Assembly: GCA_040437565.1 (NCBI GenBank)
Contig: JBDOQK010000013.1
Location: 372,001 to 436,000, forward strand
Direction of reading: 5' to 3'
Source: Albugo candida
Lineage: Eukaryota
DNA: 64,000 nucleotides
Shown: positions 50,877 to 62,249 of the stretch, one piece after another
How positions within the stretch are numbered: position 1 is the first letter of the stretch
Layout: every line of letters starts with the position of its first letter
Position numbers and translations under genes: made by a program
The notes under the pieces: model-generated
Seen by the model: only the letters and a program-made list of their open reading frames with translations
What the model was told of the DNA's origin: nothing
Databases searched by the model: none

Positions 50877-51315
50877 TTTATCGAGCCGCCTTTTCGCTTC
50901 ATTCGCTTTGATTTGATGGCCCGTCTTATTGGAGTAGATATCATTCTTCTTTCCTGATCGTCCAGCGCATTGTTTCCTATCTTGAACGCTTGGTATGTTT
51001 TAATTCCGTAGTCATATGTCAATTTCATCACATATCTATATACAGGAGAAGGGATACACAAGTTCTCGCATCGAACTCCGAACGTTATGCTAGTGCCATT
51101 ATCAGGAGTTTTGTACGAATTACTCAAGTTGGGGATCACTAAAACATCCTCGTTAATGGAAGCACCGATCCTGTTGTGATATTATGCTAGTGACTTGATC
51201 TTTCTGATATGCTCTCGCAGATCATCTCGTCGATGATCTCCTATAGAGAATTGCTGGAATCGTATTGTGGAGAATGCAGAGCTTTTGAGGCTTGTAGACT
51301 TACCAAACAACGACC

Positions 51316-52073
51316 AAATTTTCTCCAAATTTCGGCCAATGCATCCTTCACACAGAACAGAGGAACTCCATCTTGCAGTCTACTCTTCCTTCCTCATCGT
51401 AAGGGCGATTGGGCTATAAACGTGCTATTTGGCTCTATTGCACACCACCTAGAAAGTGTAGGTGCAGGAAAATCAAAATCAAACCTCGCACGGTCTTGGA
51501 AAAGGCAAACTGATGAAATATGAAGGTTCGCATAAGCACTTGTTGTAACTCAGTGGGCACTTGGAACTCGAATTAGTGTGCTTGCATTAAGCAGAACGTA
51601 TCTGCGAGCACACTATGTAGTTTTGTAGTAGTCTTGATTATTGTNNNNNNNNNNNNNNNNNNNNNNNNNNNNNNNNNNNNNNNNNNNNNNNNNNNNNNNN
51701 NNNNNNNNNNNNNNNNNNNNNNNNNNNNNNNNNNNNNNNNNNNNAAATTTTCTCCAAATTTCGGCCAATGCATCCTTCACACAGAACAGAGGAACTCCAT
51801 CTTGCAGTCTACTCTTCCTTCCTCATCGTAAGGGCGATTGGGCTATAAACGTGCTATTTGGCTCTATTGCACACCACCTAGAAAGTGTAGGTGCAGGAAA
51901 ATCAAAATCAAACCTCGCACGGTCTTGGAAAAGGCAAACTGATGAAATATGAAGGTTCGCATAAGCACTTGTTGTAACTCAGTGGGCACTTGGAACTCGA
52001 ATTAGTGTGCTTGCATTAAGCAGAACGTATCTGCGAGCACACTATGTAGTTTTGTAGTAGTCTTGATTATTGT
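51316..52073. repeat. Gap-flanking duplication (51316-51644 = 51745-52073)
   Basis: Same sequence on both sides of the 100-N gap. Confidence 0.9.
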
Positions 52074-55000
52074 GCAAATATTTTTCTAAATGCGACACAA
52101 TCAATAAGCGCAATCATGTATGTGCTTCGGCACCTCGCTTAGCTGCACTACAAGGCAGATGATAGCCACGTCAAGAACATGTGCAGTGAAATAAGATACT
52201 TTTCGTGGTCTTAAGTGAGTATCGCAAGACTATATGCAGACATTGCTTTGAACAAACGTACATGAGGCCTGCTGTGTAGCAATCAAGATTGTTACATGCT
52301 GGTGATGATACTCCTTCATACTCCGTGTACTCAGGAAAAAATATTGTCCAAAACATCAATCATCGCTGCAGAATCCTGAAAAGGAAAAAAGTGTTTGAAT
52401 ATTTTTTTTTTTAAAAATCTGTTTGAATATTTGCAAATGTCACCTTCAATATGGTAACTCTGTGTGTCAATACACTCAACTTTCGTTTAGATCAGTGACG
52501 TTGACAGTCAGTCTCTTGTGCCACCTCCTTCCGACTGAATCTGGTAAGTGCGCAACCTGAACGCTTACTATTCACCGGTGCCCATCGTTTCTCACTGATT
52601 GTCCGACGGCATTTCCTGAGAAAAACTCACGTTTTCTACCGAATCAAATTTTTCTCCAGTGACTAGCTAAGCGTTCTACAAATTTGATACACATCTAATA
52701 CAAGTAGCTCGGAATGAGGTTGAAATTGGCGATATATTTTCGCGTTCATTTGAGACTTGTATTCATATGTAGCTGCTCAATAAAGAGTTCGAATGCATGC
52801 GACACAATCATGCGTTATTTGATTAGATCGAATGATAAACGCATCGAGGAGTCCGGCATAATAGGTAAAAAAATGCACTTTTTTTCTAAACAAGATGGTG
52901 TTCATTGTATCGACTAAATACTACCTGTGCTACTTTGAGTCGATTGAAAAAATTTCGGACAATAAGATGGCATGTAAATTTGGTTGCATGGGTTTGAGAC
53001 CTAAAGCATCATAACACACTCGAAAAGAATGCAATACTTAATCGATTTATGCGAAGCAGTGCTCAAGTGAGGCGCGTTCAAGCTGGTTTATAGTGAGGCG
53101 TTTACGGAAAGGGACCAGACACACGCGTGGCTCTGAGTACATATTTATTAGACCGATTATTGGAGTCAAACTGTGGGAGCATTTGGCCTACATTAGTCAG
53201 GCTTTGATTTTGACAATTATATTACTGTGGTACGCGAACGACGCACAAACCACATGGTCGTGTTCATATAGATTCTGAATGCTGCCGACTTCTCCGCTGC
53301 GCATTGAAAGAGAGCTCAGATAGTTGCAGCAGATGTGGTGCAAATGCATTGCGTGTCTTCATCGATGGTTGCATATCTCCCTAATTAAACAGACTAAACA
53401 CATTGGGCAGGTGAAGCGCAATCTCGTTGTAAACGAAGAGAGCTTTGATGTTGTAGCAGCTCTTCGCGCAGTCGTCGGCATTTGTGTCGAGAAGAAAGTC
53501 TTTTTTGACAAAACTCTGGATTGACTGTGCTTGTATACTTGTACTTATCCGGTCTAGTTGTTTTGAGTTGTTCGGTATTCACCGGGATGGAAAAAAAATT
53601 CTACACGCAGACAAACGACTCCGATTTTGTCCGGTCAAGTTCAATTACTGTCAAAGCTACATTCAGAAAAGTGCATGAGAAGTTCGAGCGAGAAGCCCTG
53701 CAATATAAGACGAATGCTTGGTCGAATTGCTCACGTACGGCTAGGACGACATGTGCAGACTTCAATCTTTTGTCAATTAAGCGGTCGTGTCAAATACAAT
53801 TATCCGACGTGTATACACATTCGACACGCTGAGACACTCGACACTCTTTTGCTTGAATAATTAAGGACTCTTATCACAATAGGGATTGTTCATTCAGCTG
53901 AGGTCAGCCTACGTTTCCTACGGATCAGTCTTGCTAAGACTTGTCATTTTGCGGGCAACTGTAGAACGTTTAACTCTTCAACGTATTTTGTGAGACCGAC
54001 GTAATGATCAATATCGAATTATTTGTGTACCAAGCACTGCATTACATCATCTTTAATGCTTTTGCAAAGAAGGATTGCAACATTTGTGTACCGACGTAGT
54101 TTTTGCCGAAGTCGAGTAATCTAAGATTTCACTGCTTTACGAACTCCCATCTCGGCTTAGCCAGCAGACAAAAATGTGGCTCTTCTGTCTACTCATTCAC
54201 AACATCGAAATCAAGCACAATCATTTACCAAGAAGACTCGTATCGTTATGGCCGATCCCGACTATTTCAACGCATTATCGCTAGTGGGACGTTTGCATCA
54301 GTAGGGCCTTGAAAAAATCGTCAATTCTGAGCCGATTCTATCTCGCTTCCTGTATGTGGTAAACGGTGTCACCGAGTGTCGTCGCCGCAGGCATTCTGCC
54401 GTCATGAAACGTCAGATATTATTTTGAGTACACAGCGAGAAATTTGAAGCGTGGTCACTAATATAGGATGCAAAAGTAATTCGTTTATCTTTGAAGATCT
54501 TATGGTATTGTGAGATTTAAGATTGGACTTTCACTTCAAAGCGTATGAGGATATACGGCATACATTGACAGAAAGACGACATGAAACTCGCAGCGACCCA
54601 GCGACCTGGTGCAGTGGTGGTCGCAATCGCTGAAAACAGTATGGGTTTTGTTGATTTGTCAAGTTCTTCAACAAATGGTAAAGCTTTCCTCTGCTGAATA
54701 TTCAAAACTATCGTTTTCACGCTCAAAATTGACCCAATTAGCTGCACTAAACACATGACTGAGTTTGTAAGAAGTGACGACTCTAGCGACTAAGGCTATT
54801 CGGCAACTCATGTCCTATCTTGCTGAATCCTACGAAGCTGGAAATGGGTAGAGTCGACCATATGCCACACAACTCCGGAGAATGCATGTCGAGTGCACTG
54901 AGCCCTGTTTAAAGGGATACCCAGCTCTTTTAACAGATGTTTTGCTGGAGCTACTTTTTTTGGTCTACAGTAGCCATATCGGCTGGTCGTCCGATAAGCA

Positions 55001-55407
55001 ATCACCGAGTTCGACAATTCGATCAACTTCCATGCGATACATTCCGTTCAGGCTACACGTTCGCCGATTATCGCGGCACTCTAATAATCGGAAAAACACA
55101 TTCAGTTGTCAATACTACTGCTTAAATAGTTGAGCAAAAATCATCTGATGCGTTTTCCAAGCTCGGAGATCATTGCTGCGGATATAGCAGCGGCGTGTGC
55201 ATTTGCATCTGCAAAGTCAGATCCCAATGCACACGGCCATTTTGTATCATGTAGGATGAACATCAGATTGGGAATCCCCTGACATTTCAGCCTATGTTAC
55301 AAGCTTGACAAAATCTCTCTGACTCAGTGATACCGCAATCAAGCGCTGGATGCATAGTATCAGCTGTCACATGTACTAGTATTTCATGTTCCAAGCAATT
55401 TAATAAA

Positions 55408-56777
55408 GGGATCCGCTAACGACCCATCACCCCCATAATTCCAGCCAATCACAGACCTCCAGTGGCTTTCCAGGGGAATCGCGATACAGTATTTTTCTAG
55501 AATACAAAATAACTCACCTTTGCCAAGTTCATAGTTGCCATCTTCTTTCCAACTTCCGATCTCCACTCATATTAGTCTTTGTCAGCCTTATCATATCAAT
55601 GATGAACCTCCTTGACCTTGAATCTCTTCCTGACCATGTATTTGGCACCTTGAAGGAAACTCGTGATGCGGTTGACAAGTTGTTCCAAGATGAAGGGTAT
55701 ATAATGACCATCTTGCGCACCAGACACGTTGGAAACAAACCCTCTGGAGAGGTCATAGGACTTGACGTAGCATGCTCTTGCAGTGGAAGACTATGGACCA
55801 TTTTTTTACAACAACAACAGCGTCAACGCATACGAGGAAGTCGCGCTACCGCTTGCAACTTAAGTTGTTGATTCGTCGGCGTGCAGAACTTGAATGGCTG
55901 GTAGAGCTTGGCATGCATGACCACAACCATGAAGTTTTTGTNNNNNNNNNNNNNNNNNNNNNNNNNNNNNNNNNNNNNNNNNNNNNNNNNNNNNNNNNNN
56001 NNNNNNNNNNNNNNNNNNNNNNNNNNNNNNNNNNNNNNNNNGCTGGCTTGCGAGGATTTCCACCAGCATTGGTGGTTGGTACAGCCAGCTTGTGCGGTTA
56101 CACTACTGGAAGCAAACAACAATGAATCCATTGACGCAGATCTGCAGAGAATTCGTAATGAATTCAATGAAGCATCACAGTTCCACCGCCGGATGATTCG
56201 TGACCACCTTGCAACACTACCTGATGCCAAAGTATTCAATCCTGTTGTAATCCGAGCTCGTGGCCGACCTGCTGGTTCGCTAAACAGGAGGATCCCTACA
56301 TCAGCCACGCAGAGGGACCCCTCACACTTTGAGCATTTTGAAGCATCTTTACAGCGACAAAGAAGATGCGGAAACTGTCGCCAGATTGGCCGCAATCAAA
56401 GGAGTTGCCAGAATCCAAAAGTAGCACCTGCATCGGCAGCACGAACAGCAGCAGCACTACAAGCAGCTGGCATTCTTGCAGCGCTTGGCGCTGCTGACGA
56501 TTGGAAGTACCCAGGCTGGCCTACAGATGCCTGGGATCACATTTGAGTCCATAGAATTATATCTTTTCGGAAATCTACTATATATCTATCTAGAATAGGC
56601 TTAAATTCCATCAATCCACGTTGCTTTGCAACGTGAACAATAACACCAATTCTAAAAGATGAATTATTCTGTAAAAAAACAATACTGTATAGCGACTCCC
56701 CTGAAAAGTCTGTGATTGGCTGGAAATATGAGGGTGATGGGTCGTTAGCGAAAAGTGATGGGTCGTTAGCGGATCCT
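55408..56777 (+). mobile_element. Mutator-like (MULE) DNA transposon with ~110-bp TIRs and 9-bp TSD; centre lies in a gap
   Basis: TIRs ggatccgctaacgacccatcac...ccagccaatcacagac and its reverse complement. TSD tttaataaa at 55399-55407 and 56778-56786. FAR1/WRKY-like C..C...HNHE fragment and C-terminal RGRP...RDPSHFEH...CGNCRQIGRNQRSC knuckle. Confidence 0.9.
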
Positions 56778-57272
56778 TTTAATAAAATAGGTAAGCCATT
56801 GTAATAATTGATACCTTTTATCAACTTGTACACACTTCTTAATACACTTCCCATGGCATGCCATGTGATTCGCTGATGTTTGTGATATCGAACGGTACCG
56901 ATACCTGGCTAGGTTTTGATGTAGCTTTTACTCAGCGTACTACGGAAATTAATACAGGAGGTAAACCTAGTGCATGGTCATGATCGCTTGTATAATTTAC
57001 GGCCTTCAATAGCTGATCGTATAGCCTGTCGTGTATGCCTTTCTCATAGAGTTGCGACGCCACAACCTTGATCGCTCGTGTTTGTACGGCTGCGCAAATC
57101 TTATTGGTGACAATTGTGCTTAGCGCCTCGGTTACCGATGCAGCCCGTATTGGATTCTATACCTAGCTGTGCTCTATATCAAATCTTGTAACCTGTTGTG
57201 AGGCCCCATACTACCCGCTTCGAGTAGTAGTGGCTTGTCATTTGTATAGTTGCCTTTCTTGACATACTACTC

Positions 57273-58885
57273 ATGCAGCGATCGTACGTCTTCCATTTTC
57301 AGCTATTGCTGCAAACACCATTCTTTGGCTCGCTATATGCGTCTAATTTGAACCATATCAACGAGCAAAAAGCCCAGGTCGAAAACTACGTTTCGATTCC
57401 TTCAAATGTAAAATGTGACCCATTCAAACTCATGTACCAAATGGCCATACAGTGACAGTTTGCATAGGTGGCTCTGTAGGAATGGAGAGGTGGATAGTGG
57501 TTGCCCTCTCCCTTCAGCGTCTACTCTCTTACACGCGAGATATCTGTACTACACAGATCATCGGGAGCAAAAGCAGCGGAAATTCTATGTTTTATGTAAG
57601 TCTTTCAGTCTCAACAGCGTTTGGTTTTGCGCTAACCAGACGATCTATAGGGTTACGGCGCTACCGATCATTTGTACCCGGACAAGTCAAGTACGAATTA
57701 TTATCGAACAAGCAGCCAAGTAATGTATTTTCGCTTGCCTATTGGCAACCGCACACTCTGACGCCAAATTAGCTCTTTTCTATTAGAGATCAGCTGCAGC
57801 TTGGCGTCCGCTTCCTTGAGCTGAATGTGCATTTTGTGCAAAACGATATCAAAGTCGCTAATTGTAATGTCAACGGGGAGAGTGGATGTAAAGAAGAGTA
57901 CAACGGCGTACCAGTTGAGAATTTCCAACCGGTTGGCAGTCTGTTAAGTAAGATTGCTGAGTGGTTGACGAGAAGTAAAGATCAGTTTGTATACGTCTAT
58001 TTCAATGGCGACGAGGATCTGAGAATAACAATCAAGTAGGCACATTGATTGGTTATATCAGAAATAGTTTTACCGACAGCATGATTTATCGTCCGCTTGA
58101 TATGCCGGTACGTTGTTCATCCGATTTATCGGTGATAAGCCATCCCCACCTTTCTTCCCAAGCAGAAAGATCAAAAATGGCCTATTACGTTCGACCTACT
58201 GACAATTGAAATGCGTATTATGTTCTTAACCGAAGTCGACTACACGGGATATGATTACGGATACTTCTTCCTCAAGAAAAGTGTTTGCAATTGGACTGAG
58301 AATACGCCACCATTGACCGACTACCCAAGTTGCCAATTTCGAAAGTCTGGTATCGTTTCAAAGAAGCTATATGGTAAAATTGACCAAGTAGTAAGTAGCG
58401 AACTTCATTTCGGTACAATGGACTCTGATGGCAACATCGGACGGAATAGTTACCCTTTGAACGCGACATACGTTCCGAACATGTTCCGGTGCGGTGTCAA
58501 CGTTGTTTCCCCAGATAACATCACACCAATGCGAATGCGTTAATGGTTTGGTCAATGGCGCCAGGAACAGTTTGGAATGAAGGGAATTGTCTTGGATTAA
58601 TTAAGACAATCGCACCTTGGCAACCTATTGACTGTGTGCACGTCCCTGATAACACAGCCGCCGCTTGTCAAGACAGACTAGATCCTTTCAATTGGATAAT
58701 TCCTGGTCCGGTAGCTTCCCTGGGCGAGGCTTCCGAATTATGTGAGTCACTTAAAAGACATGAACTGGGTGACCGGGATTATGCGATATTCTCGATACCA
58801 TCAACTGCATACGAAAACGCGCATTTGATAGAAGCAGCGGCATTAACATCATATGAATAAGTGCTGTTAGAAACAAACATAATTG
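57273..58885 (+). pseudogene. Pseudogene paralog of the PI-PLC-fold gene at 62250-63956
   Basis: Collinear similarity and same intron positions. Frameshift near 57425; premature stops at 58037-58039, 58541-58543 and 58858-58860; both putative catalytic His replaced. Confidence 0.85.
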
Positions 58886-58952
58886 ATGGATATCTAGCAG
58901 AAAACCCCCATCGCAGACAATATTCCCATTGAAATTGTGGAGCAATAGTCTA

Positions 58953-59132
58953 GGGTGTGTTTGGATGTAATTAGCTAAAAATGGAAGATTATTTATTTAG
59001 GGTATTGATATCCCGACAACTTTTTTTTGAATTAAACCATGCCAAGTAAAATTATTACTGTCACAACATTTTCTTTCTTGCAAAATACATAATTGATTCA
59101 ACATTCCTAACTAACTACATCCATACACACCC
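58953..59132. mobile_element. 180-bp MITE with Tourist/PIF-Harbinger-like TIRs
   Basis: gggtgtgtttggatgtaattag ... ctaactacatccatacacaccc, AT-rich core, flanked by TA (or CTAG, depending on the boundary chosen). Confidence 0.8.
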
Positions 59133-61880
59133 TAGATTGGTGCTCCAACAACTTCAATCGAGAATTATTTGTGATTGGCTAATACACAAAACGTTCCAGC
59201 TGTGATAGGCTAATACACATGACAATTTCCTTTGACACATAGCATTTGAGCATCAGACACACAACTTCTCAATTTGCCGGCTGCTACGTAACCCGCCAAT
59301 TTAGTACAAAACAACTCGAAAAACTACTTTTTTCAACTCTTTCCTCTTGAAAACAATGGTTCAAGTCGACATATCGACACAACCAAGGGTGCTAGCGTTC
59401 ACTTGTGCTGACGTGGCAACACTCATGAGTCACCCTGTTTTGGGTGATTGCATGATTGTTGATGAGTCATCACCCCTGTGTGATGACGTGGAAAGTACCC
59501 CCACCCGCAGTGTGACGGTTCAAGTTAATACCGGTACTACGGGTGTCGGATGTGGTACCGGTGGTACATGAGGTACTGTCGTTGCCTCGTCACAGAGTGA
59601 CGCAAAGGCAACTGCGACCGTGGACGACACTAAAAGTCCCACTTTGGCTGACCTGATCAGGTCACAGGAGTCCTTGCGTGAGGACCAGGCTAGAGCTCGG
59701 GCGAAATTTCGCGTNNNNNNNNNNNNNNNNNNNNNNNNNNNNNNNNNNNNNNNNNNNNNNNNNNNNNNNNNNNNNNNNNNNNNNNNNNNNNNNNNNNNNN
59801 NNNNNNNNNNNNNNTGCAAGCGGTGACACTGCACTTCGTCTGGACAGATCGGAATCGTTGTTTGTTCGATCATCGATCAGCAACTCCGACAGTTCCAGCA
59901 CTTTCCGTGATCTACACCACGTTTAGTGCGCACGTTCGGTACTTTCGAAGACAGTGTTACGACCACGAGGAACCCATTCGGCTTGCAAAGGTGCTGGATC
60001 AACTCTCTACGCAAGGATCATTTGGTGGATTTTTCAGAAGCCGAAGATCACTACTGCGGGTACGGCACAGACAAGTCAAAATGCAAGTGCAACTCAGATC
60101 CTAGTCCTAGTTGGCTGGTAATGCTCACCATGTGTGGCGCACACCAATTTGCAAACCACGGTACTTTTGAACCATTTTTACAACTTTACAACTTTACAGC
60201 ATTTACAGCATTTACAAGCTGGACACAGTCTCGTATTAAGGATGCTGAGGCTACTACGATACGGGATTATCAACGAGACGACATCTTATCATCTCTCACA
60301 GGTATTTCACGAAACGTTTTTTTATAGGTGTATATGTTATTTAAGATAGCCTAGGCAACTAGAGAAGTCAGTTAGTCTAATTCTAGTAATATAGACACCT
60401 TCAACTGATCCTGTTTGTTTGTTTCGAGTTAATTTCGGCAGTCGAAAGGCTGGAATTATCTACAGGCCAAACGTAAAGACTCACAGCTTTTGCTCTTCTA
60501 GGTCCTATCAGTGAGGACGTCATGGTAGGGACAGGTACATCAAGAATTTCGAGCAAGACGCACTACAATGGCAAACAAAATACCCAGGTAGAAATTGTAA
60601 CGTTCGGCTCTGATGAGTTAAGCCAAGTCGAAATTCCCGTATCTAGTAAAATGCACTCCGAACGTGTCTGTCGCCTCCACCTGCTGACGGGTTGATTTCT
60701 GATCGAAATATCGAAGCTTTTTCCAAGTGATGGAAGCATTTATTCAGCTTTATTCGGAAAACGTATTGTACGGCTGCATTCTTTCTGAAAGGCACGAATG
60801 ATGACGGTGTTCTTCTTTCAATCTGTAGTCCATTACCTTAATTATGACGTATAACGCTTCAGCGTGTTTCGTGTGCTCCATTCACTGCAGCATTCACACT
60901 GCTTCAGAAAACTGTTTTGGTCTCGTGGTAACTTCCTCTGAGAATTAATTGAGCATTTTCTGACTTACAATTTCCCATTAGGTTGTATATGAGCAGGAGT
61001 ACTGAACCATCAAAATCATGCGTTATCACATACCAAAAAAAAATCTTATCGCTTTCGCCGATGTGAAATTGCTACCTATTATCGGTACTGGCGTGCCTGC
61101 ATCAGTGCGGCCTTGGAGACATGATTGATGTCCTAGACGATTCTTTTTCAATACTCATATGTGGTAAAAGGGTAAGCGAGTTTCCACTGTATGCTTTTTA
61201 CCTGCAGAGATCCTTCGATATCAAGTATGAATCCACAGCGAGACAGCTGCAAACAGTTGGGCTTTGATTCAGAATTTCGAAAGGGAATTAATGCGGCACA
61301 CATTCATTTAGAATCGATACAAGCACTCACTGCAAAAAGTAGCTGTAAGCTTTCTCTATTGATAGACAAAGAACTGAAGCAAGTGTTTCAGCAACTAAGT
61401 TGTCGCCACCAGCTGGGTCGTATATATTTTGGAGATGACCAAACTCTGGCTTGTTTTCATTCCAACCGGTGCCGGAAGTTCCGATTGCGTAAATGGTTTG
61501 ATGACTCAAACTTCCGATTTCACCAAGTCACCACCAATCACATGTTCCAATTTTCGAGAACCACTTGGCGTTGTGTCCACAGCATATAGAATGCGATCAT
61601 CCTCCAGCTGGAGTCATCGCGTCCTGATCGCGCACCTACAGATTTTCGGAAAATCATGTTATATTTGCCTAATGTTGTTAGGTTACAAATGTGTAACTTC
61701 AATTCTACAGCACACTTATCCGCTATAATGTATGCCGAGTCCTTCATCTCAATTGCAATATCGCAAGTACCTACATCTGACCAAGCTCGGTCTAGCTTTT
61801 ACCCAGTAAACTTGTACTACGCCAACTTCAGCCTATCAAATTCTGTAGCTACAATAAATCAATTAGACGCTGCAAATAGT

Positions 61881-61992
61881 GTGTAATGCTTGTAACCTCT
61901 CAAAGCTAATCGTAGAACGTCGTGTATACACGCTACTGATAACGTGTAATGCTTTTAGCCTCTCAAAGCTAATGGTAAAATGTCGTGTATTC
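61881..61992. repeat. Imperfect tandem repeat, 63-bp period, ~2 copies
   Basis: gtgtaatgctt...cctctcaaagctaat...gtcgtgtat at 61881 and 61944. Confidence 0.8.
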
Positions 61993-62249
61993 TCAAAGAC
62001 ATGTAGCCATACAGCTCTTTTTCGTCGCACGTGTTCGAGTAGTAGAGTTTCATTGGAGGACAACTGCTCTCTGCGCACTTTCAATCCTGTACAAATGAAC
62101 TTTACGTTGAACTTTAGTACCAGCCGTGCTCTATACTAGATTATGTAGCCAGTTGTATTTCGTGCATCTTATGAAAATAAGACCCGTCTTATCCGATCGT
62201 AGTAGTGGTGCTTACCATTGTAAAACTAGTCATTATTCACGCACTTGTC

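Noticed and set aside
53803-53832. Minus-strand SACRMCIHVG considered as an Albugo CCG effector motif
   Set aside because: Spacing is CX2CX3G rather than CX2CX5G, it is followed by a stop, and there is no signal peptide.
61300-62100. Possible AGC kinase pseudogene on the minus strand (EDDRILY, LEHVIGGDL)
   Set aside because: No HRD/YRD, DFG or APE motifs, and many stops.
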